NCBI GenBank assembly: GCA_023255625.1
Contig: JAHFLF010000002.1
Span: 39,734 to 103,733, forward strand
Reading direction: 5' to 3'
Length of the DNA stretch: 64,000 bases
DNA from: Candidatus Harrisonbacteria bacterium
GTDB lineage: Bacteria; Patescibacteriota; Minisyncoccia; UBA6257; 1-14-0-10-44-23
Shown here: in pieces, positions 32,345 to 42,436 of the stretch
How positions within the stretch are numbered: position 1 is the first letter of the stretch
Layout of the letters: the number at the start of each line of letters is the position of its first letter
The notes under the pieces: model-generated
Databases searched by the model: none
What the model saw: only the letters and a program-made list of their open reading frames with translations
What the model was told of the DNA's origin: nothing
Program-made: the position numbers and the translations under genes

Positions 32345-34582
32345 TTACAATTCGCTCATTCCGAGTTCGCTAAAAATTTCCTGGAAAGCTGGATAATTTT
32401 CCGATTCCTTCAGATCCGGAACCTGCTTGCGTAACAGCGTAAAGTACTCTCTGGCTTTCTCCTGGTCGTCGCGGTAATAACTGATAATCCCAAGTTTCGC
32501 CAGAATCTCGTTATTTTCCGGCGCTAATTCGTGTGCAGCCAAAAATAATGAATATGCACGATCATATAAACCCTCCTCGCCAAAATATCCGCCAAGCTGC
32601 GCATATTCTTGCGCGCTTTCCGGATGATAGCCAAGCTCCAGCGCCTGATCAAACATTTTAAGCGCATGCGTTTTATCGCTCGAGTACGGATATTCCAGTA
32701 AACCGTAATGATAATATGGCGCGGAAGCGATTGGATCTAAGTCAATAGATTCTTGCAGATCAGCCAGTGCACCGCTGAAATCATTTGCAGTTAATTTTAG
32801 TTTAGCGGAGACATACCAGTTTTGCTGTCGTTTCGGAGATAGTTTAAAGGCAACTGCCAGATCGCTCGCAGCATTGGCCAAAAACTTTTTGCCGAAACGA
32901 CCGAGAGTAATTTGAGCATCAGCAAAAGAAATTCGGAGCGGATAGTTATCCGGCTGCTGCTCTATAGCCGCTCTGGCGTCGGCAAAAATCGGTGCGATGT
33001 AGCGCGCAGAATCCGGAACAAGCACAAGCTGCGACTGCCGGCTAATTAAACTAAACGCGTCCTGAACCAGCAATGTTTTAAACGGGTAGTAACTTTGCTG
33101 CGCATTTTGGTAAGCCACCATGCCCGGTTTGGCGTCCTCGCCGGTAAAATGATCGAGCATGACATAATGCTGCGTGTTCGCGTATACGGTTGAGGTATGG
33201 GCGTAAAAAAGCGCCGCAACTCCCAGCCCGCCGACCAAACCGGTAAAAATACGACGGAATTTATTTTTCGAATTGTCGGTCGCACCAGTCGGTGCCACAG
33301 ACGCTGTCCCTTGGCCAAAAACCAAGAGCGCCGCCAAACCAGCAAAAAGGTTTAAATATGTACCAAAAGTATCAAACAAGAAAAATCCCTGAATAAGATA
33401 GCCGATAAAAGCAGCGTAAGCCAACCTCCGATGGTTTGGCGAAATTTGGAGACGAGAAATCCCCCGCCAGATTATCCAAAGCAGATAAATATACGCGGCA
33501 AAACCGATAATACCGCCGGTCGCGAGCATTTCAAAGGGCGTACTATGTGGCTTATCAAAATATGTTTCGCTAAACCCGCCACGCAGCTGCCTCGGATCAT
33601 AGTTCGCATCGCTGATCTCACGAAAATTTTCAAAACCAACACCCAGAATCGGGTTTTGGACAAATCCTTTCAGTGCAATTCGCCAGCCGATCAGTCGGTT
33701 GTTGATACTGGCATCATTAGCTGAAAATGCCAGTAAACGGTTAATGCCGGGTACATTACGCCAAAGGTTTGAGTCATGCGTAGAATAAACCAAACCAATG
33801 AGCACAATGACTATGCCGGCAGCTACCGCAATCAGCTTGCCTCCAGATACTCCGGAAACTGCCTTGTAGCGGTCATAAAGAAATCCGCCGATTAGTAAAG
33901 CCAGGCCGGCTAAAAAGCCAAGCATCGCACCTCGGGTATTAGCATTTAGAAAACTGAAAAGTACGATCAAAGTAGCGATAGAAACATAAATCCGGTTGGC
34001 TGGATTTTTTGAACTGGTGCGCAGAAGCGCCCAGCCCAAGAAAAGATAAGTGAGAAGATAGCCGGCCAGATAAGCGGGGTTACCGAGTGTGCCGCCCGGC
34101 CGTTCACCGCCGCCGACATAAAATACGGAGGGGGCAATATATTGTAGAAAAGCAAAAAGCGAAACCGCTACTGATACCCAAAAAAGATATGTCAGGTATT
34201 TTTTCCAGTCCTGCTTCTCCAAAAAAATTGAAAGCAGCAGAAAATACATATAAAAATGCCAGAGTCCGATGATTCCAATCGCGCGTTCCGGAGTTGAGAA
34301 AAGCGCCTGAAGCGGGTTGTGGCTGATTAGTCCGCCTACAGTAAAAACCGCCAGAAAAATCAAAATTGCAGAGTGGATCCGGTTCAGATGAGGCCGATAT
34401 TGACTACCCTTGAATGCCAGGTAAAACCAAGCGAGCGCGGCTAACTCAATGACCAGATAAAAGCCGTAAGTCTTGAGAGTGATAAACGGATAAAGAGTCT
34501 GTTTGTAAAAAACCAGCAAAAAAAGCGGAGCAACATAAAGTCCGATTGTAATCGCCCGCTTGCAAAAATGTTCTAAGGTCAT
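32345..34582 (-). CDS. O-antigen ligase/O-oligosaccharyltransferase-like protein with C-terminal TPRs
   Basis: GTLGNPAYLAGY, TRGAMLG, NPILGVGFENF, FDKPHS; TPR-like C-terminus. Confidence 0.9.
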   Translation of the reverse strand: MTLEHFCKRAITIGLYVAPLFLLVFYKQTLYPFITLKTYGFYLVIELAALAWFYLAFKGSQYRPHLNRIHSAILIFLAVFTVGGLISHNPLQALFSTPERAIGIIGLWHFYMYFLLLSIFLEKQDWKKYLTYLFWVSVAVSLFAFLQYIAPSVFYVGGGERPGGTLGNPAYLAGYLLTYLFLGWALLRTSSKNPANRIYVSIATLIVLFSFLNANTRGAMLGFLAGLALLIGGFLYDRYKAVSGVSGGKLIAVAAGIVIVLIGLVYSTHDSNLWRNVPGINRLLAFSANDASINNRLIGWRIALKGFVQNPILGVGFENFREISDANYDPRQLRGGFSETYFDKPHSTPFEMLATGGIIGFAAYIYLLWIIWRGISRLQISPNHRRLAYAAFIGYLIQGFFLFDTFGTYLNLFAGLAALLVFGQGTASVAPTGATDNSKNKFRRIFTGLVGGLGVAALFYAHTSTVYANTQHYVMLDHFTGEDAKPGMVAYQNAQQSYYPFKTLLVQDAFSLISRQSQLVLVPDSARYIAPIFADARAAIEQQPDNYPLRISFADAQITLGRFGKKFLANAASDLAVAFKLSPKRQQNWYVSAKLKLTANDFSGALADLQESIDLDPIASAPYYHYGLLEYPYSSDKTHALKMFDQALELGYHPESAQEYAQLGGYFGEEGLYDRAYSLFLAAHELAPENNEILAKLGIISYYRDDQEKAREYFTLLRKQVPDLKESENYPAFQEIFSELGMSEL

Positions 34583-34610
34583 AGAAAGAATTTTACCATA
34601 AAGTTAGCTT

Positions 34611-35255
34611 TTAGTGGAAATTCTGATCGTTCTGCTCTTTGCTGAAATTGCTTAATAGCTGGCACTGTCCATCTGCCGGCAGCGGGCCCCAAATCTTTTC
34701 AATCTCTTGTTTAGCTGTCGCCGCCCTGCCTTCATCCCGCCCAAGTCGATACAGACAATACAAACTATTCCAAATAGCATAATCGCCTTTCGGCCGTTTC
34801 TGGAGTCCCTCGTTATAGTATGCTACGGCTTTTTCGTAATCAAGATAATTCTTGTCGGTGCCAAATAATAATCCGTACGCTGCGCCGAGATTCAGCGGTA
34901 TCGTGATGTCATTTTTATTGATTGGATTGTGCGGCTCTAAAAGCGCAATAGCGCTGCGCCAACTTGCTAATTGCTGGCCGCTGACAATTTGATCTTTTGC
35001 GGTTTTGTAAACTCTAAATAGCAATGTCTGATTATCAATCGGTGGATATGCGTCCAGAAGCGCCGCCGCTCCTTTTGCAAACTGCTCCGGTTCCATCCCC
35101 CGCTCGTCATACAAAAAATGGCTAATCTGAATATCTTTACGAATAAAAGTAAAACTTGTGTATAAGCAAAGAAGAGTTAAAAAAAATCCCAGGATGAATA
35201 AAACCCTGGCGGAAATAGATAAAGGTTTTTCTGGAAATCTCTGGCGCTCGCTCAT
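34611..35255 (-). CDS. TM-anchored TPR-like protein
   Basis: Start MSERQ; one TM; NLGAAY..YEKAVAYYNEGLQKRP. Confidence 0.65.
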   Translation of the reverse strand: MSERQRFPEKPLSISARVLFILGFFLTLLCLYTSFTFIRKDIQISHFLYDERGMEPEQFAKGAAALLDAYPPIDNQTLLFRVYKTAKDQIVSGQQLASWRSAIALLEPHNPINKNDITIPLNLGAAYGLLFGTDKNYLDYEKAVAYYNEGLQKRPKGDYAIWNSLYCLYRLGRDEGRAATAKQEIEKIWGPLPADGQCQLLSNFSKEQNDQNFH

Positions 35256-35354
35256 GCACTTAAAAATAGCATATAGATTGTCCAGAAACCACAAAGGGCC
35301 CCGTGAGGAGCCCAATTGTGGTGATTCTGATAACCGAATCCCTTACAGCTATTA

Positions 35355-38300
35355 CTAGATGTAGGTAACGTCGGCGATCGTGAACGGAGCAACGCCAGTT
35401 TCAAGCTGGATGTTGGCCGTTGTACCGTCGTTCCAGAGAACATCGCCAGCCGCGTTGATCAACAGACCGAGACTCTCGGTGTTGGTGTCCGGGTTAGCAA
35501 AGCTCGTGGAGACTACGCGAATCTGCGCTACATCCGGGCTGTTGGCATAGATTTCTATGCTCGGCTCGAAGGTTACGCTGCAAGTGTCGCCAACCGTCGG
35601 AGTGCAAGTCTTGTTAGTCGCACTACCGAAGGCGGTTCCATCTGTGCGAACCATTGACACTGTAAAGGCGGTCGTGCTTGAAGCAACGGCGCTGCCGATG
35701 AACTTCAAGGAGACCGACTGCAGGGTCAATGTGTAGCTGCCAGTGTTGTTGAAGGTAATATTCGCAAGTTTGTCGGTCGCCTGACGGCTGCGGCTGGATG
35801 TAGTACCAAGCACTTCAGCTGCCATACCGAACTTCGTGCGGTAAACCTTCTGCGTGTTACTGGCAATCGTCGTACTGCCACCAGCGGCGCTACCAGAAAC
35901 GGTAACGGTCGCGGATGCAGAACCGACTGCTTTAGCCGTGATATCGGTCGCGGCTTGGATCTTGAAGACATGGCTGCTGTTACTGACAGCACCACCCGAA
36001 CTTACATCCGGAACATCTGCCTTCAAGGTTAGAGCCAGAGTCTTGTTCTTCTCAACCACCACGCCCGAACCAAGCAACGCTAGGTCAATGGTCGAAGTTG
36101 TGATTGAAACCGAGGTTGCCTGAACAGTGCCGGAAACAGCGGCACCGGTCGAATCAACCAATTGGAAGTTCTGGAACGAAGTCTTACCCGTAGCACCGCT
36201 AGCGATTGTGTCGCTGACGATCACGCGAGTAATGCGGACTGCATCAACACCGTTGTTCGCGAAGTTCATCGTGTACAATGGGTTGTTCCTTGTGTCCATA
36301 GACAAGTTCTGGGCCTTTGGCGAGGTGTTGTGCTTCGATACCGTCAAGGTCGGACCAGTGGAGATCGTTACGGTCTGACCAGCTTGCTCGCTGGTAAACG
36401 CAATCGAGCTACCAGAGATTCCGCCGTTGGCGGTCCAGTTCTTGAAGTCGATGACAGAGGCGTAATCTGCCGCGGTTGAACTGTTGAGAATGTCAGCAGT
36501 TACATCGAAGCGAGTTGAACCACCTGCCGGGACAACTACGTCACCAGAGAAGGTCATGCCAGTTTCAGTGGCAGCAACCGACTGCTGGGTGTAACCGTAC
36601 TGCGCGCTACCAACCCAAACCCTCAAATTCTGAAGGTCTAAGCCAGAGTTTGCATCGCGGTCAAGAGTAATCGTGCGGATCGTGGCTGACTGGGCCGAAG
36701 AGGCGGTCAGAACGAAGGCGGCGATTCTGGCGTCAGAGGCACCGTTAATGTATGTCGGTCCGTTTAGTGACGGATCAACAGCAACGGTCAAAGGAGTGCT
36801 GTTAACAGTACGAGTCGCACCGGTAGCTGCACCAGAGTCAGCGGCCTGGAAGGAAACTTGTCCCTCCAAAGCACTGCTGCCGGCGACGAGAGCCGCGGCG
36901 ATCGTGTTGATATCAGCGTTGCTACCAATGTCCGCAATCACCGAGAAGACCTGGGTGGTGTTCGGGGCGATTACGAAGTTGATGTTGCTGCTGCTCGTAC
37001 CAAAGTGACAAGTCAGGACTGTGGTCGAGGAGACCGTACAGTCATTGTTGCCACCGGCACCAACGATCGTAGTGATTGAACTACCAAGCTGTCGTCCATC
37101 ATCCGCAACAATGCGAACATTGGAGAGATCGTCCTGGTAAGTAGCTGCGGCAACCCATCCCTCGGTCGGAACCGGGCTGATGCGCTGCGTCAAGCTGACA
37201 TCCAGGAACTTAACCTTCACAGCTTCACCGGCAGCATAAATGGTGAACTTAGCGAGGGTTACGCCCGAGGCGCCAACCGGAACATCATAAGTCGGGGAAT
37301 CCGAAGCGGTCGAAACCGTTATGGAACCCTTGTTGATGGTGATCGAGGTCGAGCTACCGCTCAAACTGGCAGTGATGTTCTGGTGGTACTGCGAGTCCAT
37401 AGCAACAGCATCAAACGGACGAAGGATCGAGAATTGAATGCTTCGGTTTGGGCTGCCCGTCACATCAGCGTAAATCGAAATGTTCGAGTTACCGGTCTGA
37501 AGACGAACCGGGTTAGCGGCCATGCTGAAGACAATCGTGTTTGCGCCCATCGGAACTGAAGCCACCTGCGTTCCGTTTACACGGAGAGCAATGTTCTTCA
37601 GGTCGCCGACATTTGCCGAGCCAACCAGGGTAACCTGGATGCTCTTCAAATCAACCGGGCTGTTGGTAACTGCAGCGGTCCACGAGCCAACATTGACACC
37701 ATTGGTGCCGGCGTTAACTGTGCTACCAACTGCCTGCGCCGTAAGAGTCAGACCGGCGATGGACGGGTTGCTAACGGTTGTAACGGTGAGGACGTTACCA
37801 CGGACCGGAAGACCGGCCACCGGAGCATTACCCGAGGTCATAACACCTGTCAGATCAAAGGCGATTGTGTTACCAGAAGCGGCCGAGGTCGAAACATCAG
37901 CACGCAATTCACCGCGCCACGACTGGCCGGCCGGAACATTCAAGTTCAAGCCAGAGAAGGTAGCGATGCCGCCGTTAAGCGACTGGAATTGAGCGATAAC
38001 TGCACCGGTCGCAACATCAGCGAGATAAAGGTTGCTGATGAGCGAGTCAGAGAGAACACCAGTCTTGGTGAAGGAAAGGCCTGTAACGGTAACACCCATA
38101 GTGGACGGAGCCGTAAAGGTGTAACCAGCTACGCGAACCTGGCCTGCGCCAGAGATGATGCTGCCAGTAACATTGCCGGTGTTATCCGCAGCGATCCAAA
38201 GTGAACCGCTCGAGTTAACAATCGGAGCCGGAGTACCTGGAGTTGCCGGAGTTCCTGGCATGGACGGAGCCATGGCCATAAACCTTGCGCGGGACAACGG

Positions 38301-38681
38301 ACCGAAGTATCCGGTGTTTGAAACACCGCTAGCCATCTGCCATTTCATGACAGCGGCTTTGGTGAGAGCACCAAAGTAGCCGGTGTTGTAACCAGCGCCA
38401 AGGTGACCACCTGAAATCAAAGCGTTTTGGAGGCAGGTAACATCTGTACCTCGAGATCCGACCATCAGGTCGCGAGTAAAGGTGCAAGATGAGCTCACTG
38501 CCATGCTACCGCCCTGCAAAGCAGCCAAGGCAGCTGTCAGCTGGGCAATCTGTGCCTGGAGCTGTTCAACTGTCATGGTCTGTGCACCGGCGACGCTTGC
38601 AAACGAGCCAAGGCCCGAAAGCGAAACAATCGTCGTTGCAGTCAGAACTGCGGCAGCAACTTTTTTGGAAAACGTACTCAT
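35355..38681 (-). CDS. Large S-layer-like surface protein with peptidoglycan-binding domain
   Basis: Signal peptide, EQLQAQIAQL coil, FTRDLMVGSRGTDVTCLQ..GYFGALTKAAVMKWQ, Ser/Thr-rich beta repeats, biased codon use. Confidence 0.88.
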   Translation of the reverse strand: MSTFSKKVAAAVLTATTIVSLSGLGSFASVAGAQTMTVEQLQAQIAQLTAALAALQGGSMAVSSSCTFTRDLMVGSRGTDVTCLQNALISGGHLGAGYNTGYFGALTKAAVMKWQMASGVSNTGYFGPLSRARFMAMAPSMPGTPATPGTPAPIVNSSGSLWIAADNTGNVTGSIISGAGQVRVAGYTFTAPSTMGVTVTGLSFTKTGVLSDSLISNLYLADVATGAVIAQFQSLNGGIATFSGLNLNVPAGQSWRGELRADVSTSAASGNTIAFDLTGVMTSGNAPVAGLPVRGNVLTVTTVSNPSIAGLTLTAQAVGSTVNAGTNGVNVGSWTAAVTNSPVDLKSIQVTLVGSANVGDLKNIALRVNGTQVASVPMGANTIVFSMAANPVRLQTGNSNISIYADVTGSPNRSIQFSILRPFDAVAMDSQYHQNITASLSGSSTSITINKGSITVSTASDSPTYDVPVGASGVTLAKFTIYAAGEAVKVKFLDVSLTQRISPVPTEGWVAAATYQDDLSNVRIVADDGRQLGSSITTIVGAGGNNDCTVSSTTVLTCHFGTSSSNINFVIAPNTTQVFSVIADIGSNADINTIAAALVAGSSALEGQVSFQAADSGAATGATRTVNSTPLTVAVDPSLNGPTYINGASDARIAAFVLTASSAQSATIRTITLDRDANSGLDLQNLRVWVGSAQYGYTQQSVAATETGMTFSGDVVVPAGGSTRFDVTADILNSSTAADYASVIDFKNWTANGGISGSSIAFTSEQAGQTVTISTGPTLTVSKHNTSPKAQNLSMDTRNNPLYTMNFANNGVDAVRITRVIVSDTIASGATGKTSFQNFQLVDSTGAAVSGTVQATSVSITTSTIDLALLGSGVVVEKNKTLALTLKADVPDVSSGGAVSNSSHVFKIQAATDITAKAVGSASATVTVSGSAAGGSTTIASNTQKVYRTKFGMAAEVLGTTSSRSRQATDKLANITFNNTGSYTLTLQSVSLKFIGSAVASSTTAFTVSMVRTDGTAFGSATNKTCTPTVGDTCSVTFEPSIEIYANSPDVAQIRVVSTSFANPDTNTESLGLLINAAGDVLWNDGTTANIQLETGVAPFTIADVTYI

Positions 38682-39138
38682 GATATATAAGTTGCTAAAT
38701 AACTTTATTACTAATGGATTTATAATTCTTTTCGGCAAACCGCCAGCGCTGTCTCTCCCGCAGGAAACACAGAACTTAGAACACAGAACTTAGAACATGG
38801 AGCTTCCGCCCCTGTCCTTAGTTCTTAGTCCTTTGTCCTTAGTTCCCCAAAGGATCGACCTACACAGCTGCTAGTAGTTCTGGATCAAATTCAGATCCGA
38901 AACCGTGTGAGGTAGAGCCCGTTTTGGCTCTAGTGGTCCCGAAACCTTGCTAATAATACATAAGCCCCGCGTGAGCGGGGCAAATGAATTAAGAAGCAAG
39001 CGTGCGGGCGTAAGTAGCGCAAGTCAAAAAGTAAATAGACTTTCAACTTGCGCCAGCTTTCTACCAGCGCGCCTACCTCCAACGCATCCTGCCTCACGCA
39101 AGAAACGAAAGAAGAAACGAAAAAGATTTTATCTGATG

Positions 39139-39167
39139 ACTATATCAAAGTTCCTCTGCACTGTCCA
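39139..39167 (-). promoter_or_regulatory. Probable promoter of S-layer-like gene
   Basis: TGGACA-N17-TATAGT with extended -10 TG. Confidence 0.55.
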
Positions 39168-39255
39168 TTTCAGATTCTCATCATCGCAAATTTCCGAATA
39201 CTCCAACAAAAATACTGACAGCTACTAACCACTACAGAATAGAACGAGCCGACTA

Positions 39256-39954
39256 CTAACTGGTTACAAGCTGTGGATAACCTTCCTCCTTAATTTTGAT
39301 CACATAGTAGTTACTTGGCCCACCATCCCCTTGCCGCATTATTTTTCCGGAATCTGTAAGAATTTTTAAATCATTCCGAATAGTTCTTTCACTTAATTCC
39401 GGAAATACGGCAATAAAGTCTCTTAATTGCAATTTTCCGGAAATTGCCGAACCTAATAATTCCATTATTTTGTCTTGCCGCATTTTTGCCGTATATTCTG
39501 CCGTATTATCTAATTCTGAAGTTACCGGCTCATTGCCTATTTCTGAATCATCGATGATTACCTCCTGAAAATCATTTTTTGACCTTACCTCTGGCGCTGA
39601 TCTTGCTACTTGTTTTTTTATTGGAACTTTAACAGTAAATAAAGAGGCAGCATCAATCTTCTCGGCCAGTCCACTAATTTGCCGGATATCGGTCTCTAAA
39701 GATTCAAGTTCGCGTTCTAAAATTTTGGCATTTACCGGTTCGATCTCGTAAAGATTCTTGCCCAAAATAATAAATTGCCGGATAGCATTAAAAACCGGCA
39801 AAATCGTTTCCGGATTACTGAATGCCATATTCTGAAGCAGATCGTAGCTTAATTTCTCAATTCTTTGCCGCAATTCGGTTCGGCGGATGTATGCGGCAAT
39901 CTTTATTACGGCAAAAGCAATTTCCTGACCCTTCTGAATGATCATTTTTTGCAT
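39256..39954 (-). CDS. Helical N-domain plus C-terminal DeoR-like winged HTH protein
   Basis: RQDKIMELL..FPELSERTIRNDLKIL..GDGGPSNYY. Confidence 0.8.
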   Translation of the reverse strand: MQKMIIQKGQEIAFAVIKIAAYIRRTELRQRIEKLSYDLLQNMAFSNPETILPVFNAIRQFIILGKNLYEIEPVNAKILERELESLETDIRQISGLAEKIDAASLFTVKVPIKKQVARSAPEVRSKNDFQEVIIDDSEIGNEPVTSELDNTAEYTAKMRQDKIMELLGSAISGKLQLRDFIAVFPELSERTIRNDLKILTDSGKIMRQGDGGPSNYYVIKIKEEGYPQLVTS

Positions 39955-39960
39955 GCATAT

Positions 39961-40038
39961 ATACTAGCAGTTATGCCGTATTATGTCAATACATTCAATA
40001 AATAAAGCTTTGACATAAAAATCTAATAAGGTTATCGT
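39961..40038. promoter_or_regulatory. Back-to-back sigma70 promoters
   Basis: Minus TTGACA-N17-TAGTAT (39989-39961, near-leaderless); plus TTGACA-N17-TATCGT (40010-40038). Confidence 0.65.
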
Positions 40039-40080
40039 TATTGTGCTAATGATACCCATCAGACAGAAAGGGGGTGGACG

Positions 40081-40527
40081 ATGGCCACCAAAAAGAAGCC
40101 GGGCGTGCGTGGACCGTACCGCCACTCCTCTGACTTTTTAGGGGGACAGATGCGTAAGGCAAAGGCGCGGAAAAAGGCCCAGCACGAAAAGGCCTGGCTT
40201 CCGCGAAACAGGCCGCGCATCAAGATCCTGGCCAGAATGAGGCAACGGGGAGCAAGTGGAGCAGAGATCGGACTGGCGCTTGGCGGATTGTGCAAGCAAC
40301 GGATCGGGGAGATCCTGAAAAGAGCCGAACGGCTCCTGGGGAAGGAGATGTTCGAGCCCAAGGAACCGATGGTCACGCTGCGAGAAGCGGCGGCAAGGTT
40401 CGGCGTCCGAGCCAGTTGGATCCGCTATCTCTGCAAAAAAGATAAGATCCCTCATGAGCGGTGCGGCAGACGCTACCGCTTAACCAAGGAGAGCATGGAT
40501 TTCTTACAGGAATGCCTGGAGGAATAA
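40081..40527 (+). CDS. GC-rich DNA-binding protein (HTH plus excisionase-like HTH_17)
   Basis: GASGAEIGLALGGLCKQRIGEIL; MVTLREAAARFGV..IPHERCGRRYRL; SD AAGGGGG. Confidence 0.75.
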   Translation: MATKKKPGVRGPYRHSSDFLGGQMRKAKARKKAQHEKAWLPRNRPRIKILARMRQRGASGAEIGLALGGLCKQRIGEILKRAERLLGKEMFEPKEPMVTLREAAARFGVRASWIRYLCKKDKIPHERCGRRYRLTKESMDFLQECLEE

Positions 40528-40580
40528 GCATCGGCCCGGGCCAGAAGCGTCCCCGACGCTCCTCGCCCGGGCCGCTTTCA

Positions 40581-42344
40581 TTATTCCACTGTCCCTCTAA
40601 TCCTCCTGACGCCTGACGACACCGGCTCTTCTTTCGCAATTTTGAACCTTCCCACTTCAGCGGTGTGGCCAACATGCGGACCGCCACAAAACTCTTTGCT
40701 GAAACAATTATCGATTGACTCCCCCATCACATATACTTTGACCGGGTCGCCATACTTGGCTTTGAAAAAGAAAAGGGCGCCAGTTTTTTCGGCCTCTTTT
40801 TTGGGCAGCAGATGAAAAGTAACCTGCAGATCGTCGGCAACCGCCTTATTCACCAAATCCTGTGTCTTTTTTATCTCCTCTGGAGTTAATTTGCGGGGAA
40901 AGGTAAAATCAAAACGAGTGCGTTCGGCGGTGATATCTGAACCGGCCTGATGCACCTCATTACCCAAAACCTGCCGCAGCGCTGCCTGCAGCAAATGAGT
41001 TGCTGTGTGCAAACGAGTAACTTTAACTAATTCAATTTCATCTTTGGCTTTGAGCTCGCCGGTATCGAGCAACAAACCGTGTCCGCCAAATTTCTTTTCT
41101 GTACCCGCTCGGGAAATCTCCTGATGCTTCTTAAATTCCCGGTCAAAATCATGCTGCGAAATACCGCTTGTCGGCTCCGGAGCCATCTCCTTCATAAGTT
41201 CAAAATTAAGTCCGTAGGTCGAGGAGATCCCAAAAGCGCCGGCGGCATCAAGCACCGCGTGCTTTTTTAATTCAGCAAGTCCGCCAACTACCGCCTTTTC
41301 AAACTTATCCTGCTCATCACTAATAACATTGAGAATCTCCGGATTATTCAGTTCCGGGTAAATAGTACCAAATTTCTGCTGGACTACCGGCACAAGCGAG
41401 CCAAAAATATCCCCATGAATATCGGCCTTAATCTTGTGAGCCAAAACTCGCCGGATCAAACGGCGCAAAATGTATCCGGCATCTTTGTTGGCAGGACGGA
41501 CTCCATCAGCGATCAGGAATACACTTGCACGGATGTGGTCAGCAATAATGCGCTGCACTCGTTCCTCTGCTAGTGGTGCGAGCTCCCGAATCTTCGCCAT
41601 TATGCCGACGAATAGATCGGTATCATAATTACTTTGTACTCCCTGTTTGGTCATTACAACGCGCTCAAGCCCGGCGCCAGTATCAATACCTTGAATTGCG
41701 AGCGGCTTGAGCTCCTTGCCGGGTACACCTTTAAGCAGCTCGTCGCGACTACCCGGATAAAAAAACTGATTAAAAACAATATTCCAAATTTCAACATCCT
41801 TGCCTTCCGCATTCTTACAATAAATTTCAGTCGTTGGACCGCATGGGCCGGATGTACCGGTTGGCCCCCAAAACACATCCTCCATCCCTTCTTCCCGAAT
41901 ATCTTTTATGCCCAGCGATTGCCAAATTGCACGACTTTCTTCATCTTTCGGCACAGCAGCCGAACCCCGGAAAATCGTCACATACGAAATTGGCATGTTC
42001 AAATGCTGCGTAAACAGTTCATAGGCAAAGGTAATTGCTTCTTTTTTCCAGTAACCACCGAAGGAAAAATTGCCAAGCATTTCAAAAAATGTCTGGTGTG
42101 TGGCGTCGCCCGTCTCTTCAATGTCTGAAGTACGGAAAGACTTTTGAATCGAAACGGTGCTCATGCTCCCAAAATCTTTCTGCGCGTCGAGATCACCCGT
42201 AAAATAGGGCTTAAACTGCTGCATGCCCGCGGTCGTGAGTAAAACGGACGGATCACTCGGCGAAAGCGAAGAAGACTTCACAAGTGTGTGCCCGCGACTC
42301 GTAAAGTAATCAATAAACTTTTTGCGAATCTCTTCAGAGGTCAT
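40581..42344 (-). CDS. alaS: Alanyl-tRNA synthetase (short form lacking C-Ala domain)
   Basis: LLTTAGMQQFK, FFEMLGNFSFG, HTATHLL, EFCGGPHV. Confidence 0.97.
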   Translation of the reverse strand: MTSEEIRKKFIDYFTSRGHTLVKSSSLSPSDPSVLLTTAGMQQFKPYFTGDLDAQKDFGSMSTVSIQKSFRTSDIEETGDATHQTFFEMLGNFSFGGYWKKEAITFAYELFTQHLNMPISYVTIFRGSAAVPKDEESRAIWQSLGIKDIREEGMEDVFWGPTGTSGPCGPTTEIYCKNAEGKDVEIWNIVFNQFFYPGSRDELLKGVPGKELKPLAIQGIDTGAGLERVVMTKQGVQSNYDTDLFVGIMAKIRELAPLAEERVQRIIADHIRASVFLIADGVRPANKDAGYILRRLIRRVLAHKIKADIHGDIFGSLVPVVQQKFGTIYPELNNPEILNVISDEQDKFEKAVVGGLAELKKHAVLDAAGAFGISSTYGLNFELMKEMAPEPTSGISQHDFDREFKKHQEISRAGTEKKFGGHGLLLDTGELKAKDEIELVKVTRLHTATHLLQAALRQVLGNEVHQAGSDITAERTRFDFTFPRKLTPEEIKKTQDLVNKAVADDLQVTFHLLPKKEAEKTGALFFFKAKYGDPVKVYVMGESIDNCFSKEFCGGPHVGHTAEVGRFKIAKEEPVSSGVRRIRGTVE

Positions 42345-42436
42345 ACAGTATTCGCGAACACGCTAATAAACCTAATATGCGTATAAAAACTAACCATTAG
42401 CATATTAGCGTAAATTAGTATGTTAGTGAATACTCT

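Noticed and set aside
35726-38793. Numerous plus-strand ORFs opposite the S-layer-like gene (also opposite groEL)
   Set aside because: Antisense shadows caused by strong codon bias.
40581-42344. alaS as truncated pseudogene
   Set aside because: Catalytic and editing motifs are intact; C-Ala-less AlaRS is usual in CPR.
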